A DNA stretch of 64,000 nucleotides from Thermoplasmatota archaeon (GCA_040753455.1 JBFMEL010000001.1:5810-69809); one strand, 5' to 3'; counted from the stretch's first letter, positions 18,570 through 27,833 are shown. Numbers and translations are program-made. Notes: a model not told the origin generated them from the letters alone.

Positions 18570-19478
18570 TTACAGGGCTGTGCGCTGGTACCCCAGGTAC
18601 TGCCCGCAGTTGCTGCCGATGCTGTTCTCTGCTGGGTTTCCAATGCTCACTATGACCTCGAACCCCTCTCCCCTCAAGCGCTCTGCGAGCGGCTCGGCTG
18701 TTGCTGGATCATAGGGGTCGATGCGCGATGCGATCCCATGCTTCATGGCTCTTGCAGTGGGGTTCACAGGGGTGAGCTTGATGATGAATCTCGCAGGGTC
18801 GAAGTGCATGCGCAGGACCTCTGGTTCTATGTGCACGCCCTCTGCCGCAGCGAAGTTCAGCGCGATCTTCCTGTCCCCTAACTGTACCCAGTCCTCGCCG
18901 TAGGCGGCGATCTCCTCCAAGCCCCATTTTCTCACAGGGATCAGGACCGCCCTTGCCTCCTCGGAGGTGGAATGGAGGGAGAACTGCAGTTGAAATCTCC
19001 CCTTGGCATAGATCTCTTCCTTGATGTTCAGCAGTTCATTGAAGAACGCCTCGCGTCCTGCAGGCGCGATCGTGGACAGGCATGGCAGCAGCCCGGGGGC
19101 GCTGTACCTATGCCTCAGCATGCGGAGGGCACGCAGCACCTCCCAGTTCATCGAGGGCTCGCCCACGCGCGCGAACTGCACCTTGAACTTCGATGCGGGC
19201 ACCCGTCCATCAGGATAGCGGCGCAGCACCATGTAATCCACCTGGGCAAGGATCTCCTCCGCGCTCATCGGGCCTCTGTAATCCCCCCCGGCATCGCAGA
19301 ACAGGCAGCGCACAGGGCAGCCGTGCATGGACGAGACTATGAGCACCCACTTCTCGTCCCTGGGAATCGGGAACTGGAGCGACTCTGCGAACTCTATGTT
19401 CATGCCACTATGCTCCAGCCTGCCCACGTAGACCTTGGCGATCTCTTCGATGCCATGCTCCGCAAGCACCTCTATCAT
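18570..19478 (-). CDS. Radical SAM domain protein
   Basis: CPVRCLFCDAGG (CX3CX2C) motif near the N-terminus. ~300 aa. Confidence 0.7.
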   Translation of the reverse strand: MIEVLAEHGIEEIAKVYVGRLEHSGMNIEFAESLQFPIPRDEKWVLIVSSMHGCPVRCLFCDAGGDYRGPMSAEEILAQVDYMVLRRYPDGRVPASKFKVQFARVGEPSMNWEVLRALRMLRHRYSAPGLLPCLSTIAPAGREAFFNELLNIKEEIYAKGRFQLQFSLHSTSEEARAVLIPVRKWGLEEIAAYGEDWVQLGDRKIALNFAAAEGVHIEPEVLRMHFDPARFIIKLTPVNPTARAMKHGIASRIDPYDPATAEPLAERLRGEGFEVIVSIGNPAENSIGSNCGQYLGYQRTAL

Positions 19479-20344
19479 CCGCTGCCCTCCAGATATTCGA
19501 GCGCTCTCACCGCTGCCGCGATCCCATCACCGCATGCAGTTGCTATGTGCCGAAGGCTCCCCAGGCGCAGATCCCCGGCAAGGAAGAGCCCAGGGACCCG
19601 CGTGCGCCCCTGCGGGTCAGCGGTCAGTTCCTCGGGCGGGATATCCAGCCTGGGCAGCGCGGGCACTCTCCCCACCGCGCACAGGATGTAGTGGACAGCA
19701 GCCCTTCCCTTCGTGCAGTCGAGGAGATATTCATCGCCATGGGGCTGCGCGCCGAGCACCTCACACTCAGTCCAGACCTCTATTGCATCAGAGCGTTTTG
19801 CTTTCTCGACCAGCGCGCGGTTGGCACGCAGCACCTTCCCTCTGTGAATGATCAGCACCCTGTATCCCCTGGACGAGAGCGTGAGGGCGTAGTCCAGCGC
19901 TGCCTCCCCACCCCCGATCACAGCGACAGACCTTCTCCCACCCTCGGCAGGCAACTCCTTCAACTCATAGTGGCATGGGAGACCTGGCATCTCCAGCCTC
20001 TTGGGCATCGTGCCCGTGGCCAGTATCACCGCATCCGCCATGTGCGAAGCGATGGGGGTTTCGATCTCGAAGCCACTCTGGGACCGCCGAATCTCTATCA
20101 CCTCCTCGCGCACCACACCTATCTCATGGCGGGCTAGCTGCTGCTCGATGAGCGCGCAGAACGCTCTGCCCTCAATCCCACCAGGGAAGCCCAAATAGTC
20201 CTCGACGAGATGCGCGTTGAGCGCCAGGCCTCCTATCCGCTCCTTCTCGAAGAGGAGGGGCTCGCAGCCTGCGCGCTTCAGATATATGGCTGCGGAGCAG
20301 CCTGCAGGTCCTGCGCCGACCACCGCCACCCTACCCATCCCCAC
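19475..20344 (-). CDS. Thioredoxin-reductase-like FAD/NAD(P)-dependent disulfide oxidoreductase
   Basis: VAVVGAGPAGCSAA FAD motif, a second Rossmann VAVIGGGEAA, and a C-terminal ATACGDG redox-active region. Confidence 0.75.
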   Translation of the reverse strand: MGMGRVAVVGAGPAGCSAAIYLKRAGCEPLLFEKERIGGLALNAHLVEDYLGFPGGIEGRAFCALIEQQLARHEIGVVREEVIEIRRSQSGFEIETPIASHMADAVILATGTMPKRLEMPGLPCHYELKELPAEGGRRSVAVIGGGEAALDYALTLSSRGYRVLIIHRGKVLRANRALVEKAKRSDAIEVWTECEVLGAQPHGDEYLLDCTKGRAAVHYILCAVGRVPALPRLDIPPEELTADPQGRTRVPGLFLAGDLRLGSLRHIATACGDGIAAAVRALEYLEGSG

Positions 20345-21053
20345 CCCCTATCATCCTCAGTAGATCCTCAGTGGAGACGATGTACGCGAAGCCGTGCGCC
20401 AGCGTAGCCAGCGCAGCCACGTGGAGGCGCTCGTTGCTCGTCGCTGTCCCATCAGCCACGAAATACACGTCATACCCGTGATGGAACGCCTCACGTGCTG
20501 TGGTTTCGCAGCACAGGTCTGTCATCACACCACAGATCACCACAGACCTCGCACCCAGGGCTCTCAGCCGCCTGTCTATATCTGTGCAGAAGAAGGTGCC
20601 GTAGAGGTGCTTGCTCAGCACCACTGTCCCTGCTGGTAACCGCATCCTGGGGTCGAGCGCCGCCCATTCGCTCTCCGCCTCCAAGCGCTCGCCCCACCAT
20701 CTGACAGTGGGGTCATTATCCGAGGATGCATATCGAGTTGCGAAGATCGGCAGCCCCTTATCCTCAAAGGCATCGATCAGTGCCTGAACCTTGAATATCA
20801 CATGCTGCGCGCTCTCGTGGTACGCCGGTGCCTCAGGGTCGAGGAAGTAGCGCTGCATGTCTATCACGAGCAGCGCAGGGTTGCAAGGTAGGGGAGGCGC
20901 TCTCATCCCCAGAAGCCCGGAGATCGCCTCGCGCCACTCCTCCATCCTGGGCTCGTAGTCCTCGTGGATGTCTGCATCTCGCCATTCCATGCTGTACTCC
21001 CACGCTTCCTGGTTTAACGAGCTGGCAGCGTAGAACAATGCTCGAACCTGCAT
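20331..21053 (-). CDS. Isochorismatase-family cysteine hydrolase
   Basis: ALLVIDMQ..F and VVICGVMTDLCCETTAR catalytic-cysteine region. The true start may be the internal Met. Confidence 0.7.
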   Translation of the reverse strand: MQVRALFYAASSLNQEAWEYSMEWRDADIHEDYEPRMEEWREAISGLLGMRAPPLPCNPALLVIDMQRYFLDPEAPAYHESAQHVIFKVQALIDAFEDKGLPIFATRYASSDNDPTVRWWGERLEAESEWAALDPRMRLPAGTVVLSKHLYGTFFCTDIDRRLRALGARSVVICGVMTDLCCETTAREAFHHGYDVYFVADGTATSNERLHVAALATLAHGFAYIVSTEDLLRMIGGGDG

Positions 21054-21092
21054 TCCATGGTGCGATATGAAGTTTGTGTGCCTATGCCCTCG

Positions 21093-22196
21093 CTAGAACA
21101 GACCCAAGAGCCTGGCAGCGATCACTGCGCTGAGCGCGAGTGCTCCGAGGAGGCACAGGATCTTGCCCCAGCTGTACGGTGCCTCGCCCTGCACCTCCCC
21201 TGTCTGACCGTTGACCATGAACCGATACACCTTCTTCCCATATGCATAGGAGGAGATGTAAGCTGGGAGCAGGAGATGCTTCCATTTCACGTCTTTGAAC
21301 TCTGTGTGCACCTCCAGCCCCTGCTGCGTGTCCCCGTCCAGCAGTGCAGAACAGGCGCTGCCCTCCCTGCGGTACATCTCTGCGCGTGCTGATTGCCAGC
21401 AGTCCTTTGGATCAACGCTGTAGGCTTCTGCCCTGAGCCCTGACAGAAACTCCGGTCTGTAGGGCACCAGCCCGCTCAGGTGATATGGGTATATCTTTCG
21501 CAGTATCTCCTCGGGCAGCCCTCTCGAGGCATTGATCAGGAGATCATCGTAGAAGGCGCAGTGCGCTCCTGACCTGTGCTCCCAGCGCACCTTCCGAACC
21601 TGGCGAGAGCGCTGCACAGCCCTGCCGCCCTCGTATGTGACGTAGTGCTCTGTCACGTAATAGTAGTGCCCTGCCCAGCCGCTCCAGCGCGAGAATGCGC
21701 TGGCATCGAAGGTGAAGTAAGGTGCATAGATCCCATCGATCTGCGCCAGGGCTGCCCTGCGCTTGAGGTCGCTGGGGCGGAACCACAGTCCTCGAAGCCA
21801 ACCCTCAAATAGCTGGACCGCCCCTTCCCTGCTAACGCCGAACGGAACAAGGCTCTCGGGCATCACCATGCCAGGTAACGGTGGTGTATCCACTACCACC
21901 GGGGAATCGCAGAACGCGCACTGCGCTGCCATCAGGGTGCCCGGCAGAGAGGTGACCGCGCCGCACCTGTCGCATCTGAAGTGCCTTGCCTCGATCCCGA
22001 ACCCATGCTCCGCAGTGTAAGGGGTGGGCAGCTCCTCTATGGGATGCTCGGCGATCGTTCCCTCGCTCTTTATCCCCTGTTCCATGCCGCAGTGCGGGCA
22101 TCTCAAGATGCTCGTGCCCGCAGCATAGTGCAGCGTTGCGCCGCAGCCCGCGCACGCGAAGTTCAGCTCTGTGACCTCGAGATCTGGCTCCTGCAT
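21093..22196 (-). CDS. Zinc-ribbon protein with a C-terminal transmembrane anchor
   Basis: Multiple CxxC pairs (CAGCG...CPHCG, CDRCG...CAFCD) and a C-terminal hydrophobic helix ILCLLGALALSAVIAARLLGLF. Confidence 0.55.
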   Translation of the reverse strand: MQEPDLEVTELNFACAGCGATLHYAAGTSILRCPHCGMEQGIKSEGTIAEHPIEELPTPYTAEHGFGIEARHFRCDRCGAVTSLPGTLMAAQCAFCDSPVVVDTPPLPGMVMPESLVPFGVSREGAVQLFEGWLRGLWFRPSDLKRRAALAQIDGIYAPYFTFDASAFSRWSGWAGHYYYVTEHYVTYEGGRAVQRSRQVRKVRWEHRSGAHCAFYDDLLINASRGLPEEILRKIYPYHLSGLVPYRPEFLSGLRAEAYSVDPKDCWQSARAEMYRREGSACSALLDGDTQQGLEVHTEFKDVKWKHLLLPAYISSYAYGKKVYRFMVNGQTGEVQGEAPYSWGKILCLLGALALSAVIAARLLGLF

Positions 22197-22200
22197 CCTT

Positions 22201-23223
22201 TCATGCCACCGGGCTGCCGCACTGCCCGCAGAACCTTGAGCCGGATGGCACAGCAGCGCCGCACTTCGTGCAGAATCCCTGGGACTGCTTTGTGCCGCAC
22301 TGCCCGCAGAACGCCTGACCGACGGGTACCGGTGCCTGGCACTTCACGCATGGCTTTGTCTGCACTTGCTGTGCAGGCTGGGGCTGCTGCATCGTCTGAG
22401 CCATCTGCAGGCCCATGCCGATCCCTGCCCCTACGCCCACACCCGCTCCAGCAGCGCCCGAGGGGTTCACGGCAGCGTCGCGCATCGCATGTGCAGTCTG
22501 GTACTGCATGTAGCCCGTGCCTGTGATCTTCATCGCTGTTCTGGCATCCACTGCTCTCTGCACCTCCTCCGGCATGGTGATGTAGAGCCCGGAGATCTTC
22601 TGCACCTCTATCCCGTAAGGGGCAAAATGGGGATTTGCCTTCTCCAGCACGATCTGCTCGATCTCGTGGAGGTTCGCAGGTACGTCCAGCACACCCATGC
22701 CGCGCTCCTTCATCTCGCCCAGGACATCGAAGATCGAGACCACGATCTGCTCCTTCACCCTTTCCTCTATCTGCTGGTTTGTGACCAGCCCCTCTGTGCC
22801 CACGAACTGATTGATGAAGTTCGCAGGCTCCCTCACCTTCCAGCGCGCTTCGCCGAAGAGGCGCATGTTCACCAGCCCGAACTCCTCGTCCCGGAAGGCG
22901 TAGGGCTGCTTGCTGCCATACTTGATGTCGAACGCCCTTTTCTGCACGTAGTAGACCTCAGCGTCCTGCCTTACGCCTGTCAGGAATTCGACTATCCGCC
23001 CCACATAGGGCACGTCCAGGGAGGTCAGCGCATACCTGTCCGGCCTGTCGATATATGCCAAGGCTTTGCCATCACGATAGAACACGGCGATCTCGTCCTC
23101 GCGCACCACGATGTTGTCGTTGAGCCTGATGTTGCGCGGGAGCTTCCACAGGATCGTGTTCCCTTTCAGCCCCTCGGGCCATTCATATGTAGCCATTGCT
23201 CCACCTCTGTGATGAGCGCCCAC
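22201..23223 (-). CDS. SPFH/band-7-like domain protein with a C-terminal double zinc ribbon
   Basis: N-terminal region resembles SPFH (Band_7_1-type). C-terminus CVKCQAPV..CGQCG...CTKCGAAV..CGQCG. A low-complexity G/A/Q linker is present. Confidence 0.55.
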   Translation of the reverse strand: MGAHHRGGAMATYEWPEGLKGNTILWKLPRNIRLNDNIVVREDEIAVFYRDGKALAYIDRPDRYALTSLDVPYVGRIVEFLTGVRQDAEVYYVQKRAFDIKYGSKQPYAFRDEEFGLVNMRLFGEARWKVREPANFINQFVGTEGLVTNQQIEERVKEQIVVSIFDVLGEMKERGMGVLDVPANLHEIEQIVLEKANPHFAPYGIEVQKISGLYITMPEEVQRAVDARTAMKITGTGYMQYQTAHAMRDAAVNPSGAAGAGVGVGAGIGMGLQMAQTMQQPQPAQQVQTKPCVKCQAPVPVGQAFCGQCGTKQSQGFCTKCGAAVPSGSRFCGQCGSPVA

Positions 23224-23708
23224 CGGCGCTTGAACGTGCTCCTCAGCTCGGCGAGTGATGCAGAGATCTCTTTCACGATATCCATAGCCAGATCGGGTGA
23301 GGCGGTCAGTTGATCGACCTTTGAGTCAAGGGCTGCCACACCCTCTAGCAGCGAGAGATCAAACTCGTACAGCTTGTTCAGCTCTGGCTCCTCCACCCTT
23401 ATCGCCCAAGAGATGCCGGAGTAGCCCTGCTCCCCATGCCTGATCATCCCTTCCATCTCTTGCGCCTCGAAGATCGCGCCCCCCAAGGGCTCCAATGCCT
23501 TCACCAGATAGTTGTCGGACAGGGTTCCGCGCACCTTTTCCATGCGCTCTCTAGCGCCCCTCAACCTCTCCGCTACCTGGATGCGCAGGATGCTGTCCGC
23601 CTGGCGCATGTCCTCCCGCCTCCTGTACCCTGCGAACCCTGGGATGTGAAGCTGGATGCGCTTCAGCAGCCCTCTGTCCTCCGCCACCCTGTCGCGTATG
23701 TCCGACAT
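23166..23708 (-). CDS. Hypothetical protein (180 aa), co-oriented with SPFH gene
   Basis: ORF with consistent codon bias and no recognised motif. It overlaps the SPFH ORF start. Confidence 0.4.
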   Translation of the reverse strand: MSDIRDRVAEDRGLLKRIQLHIPGFAGYRRREDMRQADSILRIQVAERLRGARERMEKVRGTLSDNYLVKALEPLGGAIFEAQEMEGMIRHGEQGYSGISWAIRVEEPELNKLYEFDLSLLEGVAALDSKVDQLTASPDLAMDIVKEISASLAELRSTFKRRWALITEVEQWLHMNGPRG

Positions 23709-23712
23709 CGTC

Positions 23713-23919
23713 TCACCTCGCCAGCTTTGTCACCAGCAGCCAAACCCCCAGGATAATTACCAGCAATGGAAGGACTATCTCCATCTTTACGTCCACATAG
23801 CCCAGCGCACCCAAGAGCCATATCGTTCCCACGATGACCAGCACGATGCCCCAGAAGATGCCCCCGCGCCGGGTCGTCAGCGTCGTGCTATCTTGATATC
23901 CTCTGTCGCTGCCGTTCAT
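23713..23919 (-). CDS. Small two-TM membrane protein (68 aa)
   Basis: Two hydrophobic helices (IFWGIVLVIVGTIWLLGALG and IVLPLLVIILGVWLLV). First gene of the putative operon. Confidence 0.4.
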   Translation of the reverse strand: MNGSDRGYQDSTTLTTRRGGIFWGIVLVIVGTIWLLGALGYVDVKMEIVLPLLVIILGVWLLVTKLAR

Positions 23920-24501
23920 GCAAGCGCATAGCCCATTGATGATAAAAATCTATCGAGATATGGAGATCTGCCCTCTGTGCATAGTATCTCGCATTCCATG
24001 CAACGACCTTTGAGATGTGCATCTCCACCTGCAGGATTCCGTGCCCGACCACTCGTCACCAGCGCATTCCATGCAACGACCTTTGAGAGCAGGTCAACGA
24101 TCCCACGGGCAGGTTTCAGGGCAACATCTTTTTATAATCAGAACCCCTCTTCACCACGCTAGGCTCGACCGGGGCGCTCGGCGTGCCCTTATACACCGAA
24201 ATCGTCGATAGCGGGGGTGACAGCTGAGGGCGGCGTAACCTGCCCTGCACGCGCCCTGTGCTCGACTATGAGACCCTGTCCTGCCGGGCGGGTGGCGGCT
24301 CTGCGGCGCAGCCGGAGGGCGGCGCCCTCTGCCCTGATCGTGGGGAACGGGTCAGGCCCTGACGGGAGCAGCCTAACCACGGATTACCTGCGCTGGCAGG
24401 GTTGCGGGGTCGAGAAGAGCACAGACATCCGCGCGCAGGAAAGGGCGACCACCTCAGCGGCCTAGCTCCCATCATATAATCAACACCAGGCCGCTGATCA
24501 A

Positions 24502-24960
24502 GACCACCACACAGCTACCCAACAGGACAGCTAACCCAGTGGTCGAATCCAGGGCGAGGAAACAATCTCCCATCATATTCTCGCCCTGTTCTCATCAACT
24601 TCCCAACGTTGATAGGACGTGAGGAGCATAAAAGCAAATAGAAAGCACCTCACGTCCGTATCCACGGCGAGGAAACAACCTCCAAGCGTATCCTCGCCGT
24701 GCTGCAAGCAGATAGCAACAACGATAGGACGTGAGGAGCATAAAAGCAAATAGAAAGCACCTCACGTCCGTATCCACGGCGAGGAAACAACCTCCAAGCG
24801 TATCCTCGCCGTGCTGCAAGCAGATAGCAACAACGATAGGACGTGAGGAGCATAAAAGCAAATAGAAAGCACCTCACGTCCGTGTCCACGGCGAGGAAAC
24901 AACCTCACATCATATACTCGCCGTGATAGACCGTGCTAGAATCAGATAGAAAGACCCTCA
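24502..24960. repeat. Modular hairpin-repeat locus 1: X1 element, Y hairpin, then three tandem 112-bp units (24611-24722, 24723-24834, 24835-~24946). Each unit holds an X2 and a Y hairpin.
   Basis: Units 1 and 2 are identical. X2 is ggacgtgagg-N23-cctcacgtcc. Y is (c)acggcgagga-aacaa...-(t)cctcgccgt(g). Confidence 0.7.
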
Positions 24961-25497
24961 CATCCTTACATCTTCTACGATGTCGTCCAGGAATATGATC
25001 CTGTCCGCGATGCGCCTGAGTTCTGTGCTGAGTACGCCCCTGAAGGTGGCGATCTCCACGCGCTTGCCCTTGTACTTCACCTTGTCCACTGTCTGGGCGA
25101 AATCCGCATCGCCGCTGACCAGCACCGCTGTGTCGAAGGCGTTCTCCCAGCTCAAGCACAAGAGGTCTGTGACAAGCGCAACATCCACCCCTTTCTCTGC
25201 GAAGTATAACTCCCCGCTGTTCGGGTCTGTCCTCTGCTGCAGGGGTCTCAGCACCACCTGGATGCCGCTGTACTGCAGCGATTCGTAGAACCTTGCCTGG
25301 CTGCTCTCTATCGGATCCCTGTGGCTGGAATAGTAGTACGCACGTAGCAGGTAGCGCCCGGCTGCCAGTTTTTCTACAAGTCTCCCGTAGTTGATCTTCA
25401 GGCTCGTACCGCGCTCGTCGTTGAAATGCCTCAGGGCATAGTATGTGTTTGAACCATCGATGAATATAGCCACGCGCTCCCGGTCCGAGTAGCTCAT
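24958..25497 (-). CDS. NYN-domain (LabA-like) putative ribonuclease
   Basis: VAIFIDGSN and VLVSGDADF motifs of the NYN/PIN-like fold. Confidence 0.75.
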   Translation of the reverse strand: MSYSDRERVAIFIDGSNTYYALRHFNDERGTSLKINYGRLVEKLAAGRYLLRAYYYSSHRDPIESSQARFYESLQYSGIQVVLRPLQQRTDPNSGELYFAEKGVDVALVTDLLCLSWENAFDTAVLVSGDADFAQTVDKVKYKGKRVEIATFRGVLSTELRRIADRIIFLDDIVEDVRM

Positions 25498-25574
25498 CCA
25501 GAAGGTATCGTCCTGTGGATAATTAATCTTTTGGCGAGGGCAAACGGTACACCCTGTGCAAGATGTGCCATGCT

Positions 25575-26783
25575 CTATCGCCCCTTTCTCAACAGGGCTG
25601 CCACCTCGGTGATGATCGCTTCCGCCAGAGCGCTCTTCGATCCCTCGAACTTTGTCTTCCGCCCATCCCTGCGTATCAGGATCGCCCTGGTTTTCGAAGG
25701 GGAGAGATGGCGCAGGTCGTTGGCAACGATCATCTCCAGCCGATGCTCCTTCAGGCGCTCTTCTGCCCTTTTGATCAGCTCTTTTTCTTCAACGCCATAT
25801 TCTGCCTTGAACCCCACAAGGACCCCTTTGTGCCTCTTCCTGAGATGGGAAAGGATCTTCTCCTGCCTTCTCAGCCTCAGCACCATCTCCTCTCTGTCTG
25901 ATGGGGTCTTGCCCCTCGCCTTTTCAGGCGCATAATCAGGGATCGCTGCGGGCACGATGATCGCATCTGCCTTCTTCCCTCTCAGGACCTCCCGTAGCTC
26001 GGCGACTGTTCTTGCCCTCGTGGTCGGGATGAACTGCGGTGCAGGGATATCTCCGGCCATCACTAGTTCGACATCCGCACCGCGCCCGAACCCTTCCACA
26101 GCTATCGCTATCCCTGTCTGGCCAGTAGCAGTGCTCCTCAGCTCCCTTACCGCGTCCCAGGGCTCTGCATAGCCTCCAGCCACCACGAGCAGCCTGCAGT
26201 CCTTCATATCCATGGGTCCCAGGGTTCGAAGGACGTGTGCTACCACCTCTTCAACACTCGCCATCTTTGCCTTGTTCTCAGCCAGTACTGGCTCCAAGAC
26301 CTTGACGCCGATCTTCTCGAGGGCGCGCAGGTTCTCCCTGACAATGGGATGTGAATACATCGAGGAGTGCATCCCGGGCACGATCATCACTGGGATGCCA
26401 GCACCGATGGCTGTCGTAGCCATGGTGGTCACGGGCGTGTCGTCTATCCCGCAGGCGATCTTTGATATGGTGTTTGCAGTCGCAGGCGCGATCAGGAGAA
26501 GGTCTGCTCTGTCTGCCACGTTTCCGCATAGGTCCACGTGCTGCACAGAGCCGTCAAGTTCGAGTATGGGGACATGACCACAGGCAAACCTCACCGCCTC
26601 AGGGTGTATAATCTGCTGAGCAGCGTGGGACATCACTGGATATATATCCGTTCCGTGCCTGATCAATTCTCTAGCAAGCTTCACCACCTCCACGGCGGCT
26701 ATGCTCCCTGTGATCCCCAGCACTATCCTCTTGCCCATGAGCTTCTGGCTCCTCGTTGCTCGGATCTCCACGCTCGGATGCAT
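25575..26783 (-). CDS. coaBC: Bifunctional phosphopantothenoylcysteine decarboxylase / phosphopantothenate-cysteine ligase
   Basis: Flavoprotein motif GITGSIAAV and the C-terminal CoaB region. Start placed at the internal Met, because the ORF track start overlaps the divergent gene. Confidence 0.85.
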   Translation of the reverse strand: MHPSVEIRATRSQKLMGKRIVLGITGSIAAVEVVKLARELIRHGTDIYPVMSHAAQQIIHPEAVRFACGHVPILELDGSVQHVDLCGNVADRADLLLIAPATANTISKIACGIDDTPVTTMATTAIGAGIPVMIVPGMHSSMYSHPIVRENLRALEKIGVKVLEPVLAENKAKMASVEEVVAHVLRTLGPMDMKDCRLLVVAGGYAEPWDAVRELRSTATGQTGIAIAVEGFGRGADVELVMAGDIPAPQFIPTTRARTVAELREVLRGKKADAIIVPAAIPDYAPEKARGKTPSDREEMVLRLRRQEKILSHLRKRHKGVLVGFKAEYGVEEKELIKRAEERLKEHRLEMIVANDLRHLSPSKTRAILIRRDGRKTKFEGSKSALAEAIITEVAALLRKGR

Positions 26784-26988
26784 CACCATCCCCCACAGGA
26801 TAGGAGGATTTATCGTTTTTGATTCCAGTGCTGCGTGGCATGATTTTTTGCCAGCAGGCAACACAGACCTTGATGCAAACGATCTGGCTCATGATTCATA
26901 CCCCAGGACTGTGCAATTCATACCCCAGGACATCGCACCAAAATTTATTTATGCGATTAAAGACATAGAGCCATTAAGGAGGCATATC

Positions 26989-27540
26989 GTGGGCGGATCC
27001 CCGGACAGCTCGACATCTCCCCATACCTGCCCCAGGTGCTCGCGGCCAGTACCGAATGAGGGGCTATGCAATGAGTGCCTCGCGGAGCAGCCTCCTGAGA
27101 AAGATCCGCAGGAGCGCGTTCGAGAGGCTATGGAGTACGTCCAGCACGAGGCTCAGCGTGGGAAGAGGCTGGGGGTTGACCTGGGGGAGATCGAGGACCT
27201 TCTGCTCGGTGCTAAGCTCATGCTCGATGCTGGAAGCTATGAAGATGCACTGAGGCTGATCAATGAGTGCGGCGAGATGGCTGGGGAGCGCATCCTGCAG
27301 TACGAGATGCTCATGAACAGTATCCGAAGATCGGAGAAGAAGATTAAGGACGCTGAGGAATACGGCGGCGATGTCTCTGAGGCACGCACACTTTTAGAAG
27401 CAGCCCAACGGGCACTTCAAGAGTCGGACTACAAGCGCGGCATCAGTTATGCCATCAGGAGCGCCGATGTGGCTGAGAAGGTGAGGCGCCAGTACGACTC
27501 CTGGCGGGTGGAGGTAGGCACCTACCTGAAAGAGAAGTGA
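26989..27540 (+). CDS. Zinc-ribbon hypothetical protein (GTG start)
   Basis: CPRCSRPV...CNEC ribbon followed by a helical charged region. GTG at 26989 is preceded by a TTAAGGAGG RBS. The ORF track start at 26701 would overlap coaBC. Confidence 0.5.
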   Translation: MGGSPDSSTSPHTCPRCSRPVPNEGLCNECLAEQPPEKDPQERVREAMEYVQHEAQRGKRLGVDLGEIEDLLLGAKLMLDAGSYEDALRLINECGEMAGERILQYEMLMNSIRRSEKKIKDAEEYGGDVSEARTLLEAAQRALQESDYKRGISYAIRSADVAEKVRRQYDSWRVEVGTYLKEK

Positions 27541-27587
27541 TATCCAAATAGAAGGCACCTCACGTCTATTTTCGGGCTTGACAGAAC

Positions 27588-27594
27588 ATATAAA
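27588..27594 (+). promoter_or_regulatory. TATA box (atataaa) ~27 nt upstream of tRNA-Arg
   Basis: AT-rich heptamer at the canonical archaeal distance from the mature tRNA 5' end. Confidence 0.4.
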
Positions 27595-27617
27595 CCACCT
27601 GCGCATACCCATGGAAC

Positions 27618-27691
27618 GGGCCCGTGGGGTAGTCCGGACATCCTTTCGGCCTTCGGAGCCGATGACCCGAGTTCGAATCTCGGCGGGCCCG
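27618..27691 (+). tRNA. tRNA-Arg (anticodon TCG)
   Basis: Manual cloverleaf fold. Acceptor GGGCCCG/CGGGCCC. Anticodon stem TCGGC/GCCGA with loop CTTCGGA. T-arm CCGAG-TTCGAAT-CTCGG. Confidence 0.85.
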
Positions 27692-27729
27692 CTTACCCAC
27701 AACCCTTATAATCCACGCGCGCATACTAA

Positions 27730-27833
27730 TCCCGGCGGGCCCATGGTCTAGCGGTTACAGCTTGTGGTGTTGGCCAGGCAGCCGCAAATGACGGGTGTCT
27801 CACACACACCAGATCTCCGGTTCGAATCCGGAT
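27730..27833 (+). tRNA. tRNA-Val (anticodon CAC) with a ~31-nt intron at a non-canonical position in the D-loop/D-stem region
   Basis: Acceptor GGGCCCA/TGGGCCC. 5' D-stem and loop GTCT-AGCGGTTA (27739-27750). The insert is 27751-27781. Then TGAC-G-GGTGT-CTCACAC-ACACC-AGATC-TCCGG-TTCGAAT-CCGGA. The spliced product is 73 nt. Confidence 0.6.

Noticed and set aside
22366-23313. 315-aa plus-strand ORF
   Set aside because: Antisense to the SPFH-zinc-ribbon gene.
24611-24946. Possible CRISPR array (regularly spaced palindromic repeats)
   Set aside because: The entire 112-bp units, including the would-be spacers, are identical or near-identical between copies. There is no repeat-plus-unique-spacer organisation. 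No cas genes are in the window.
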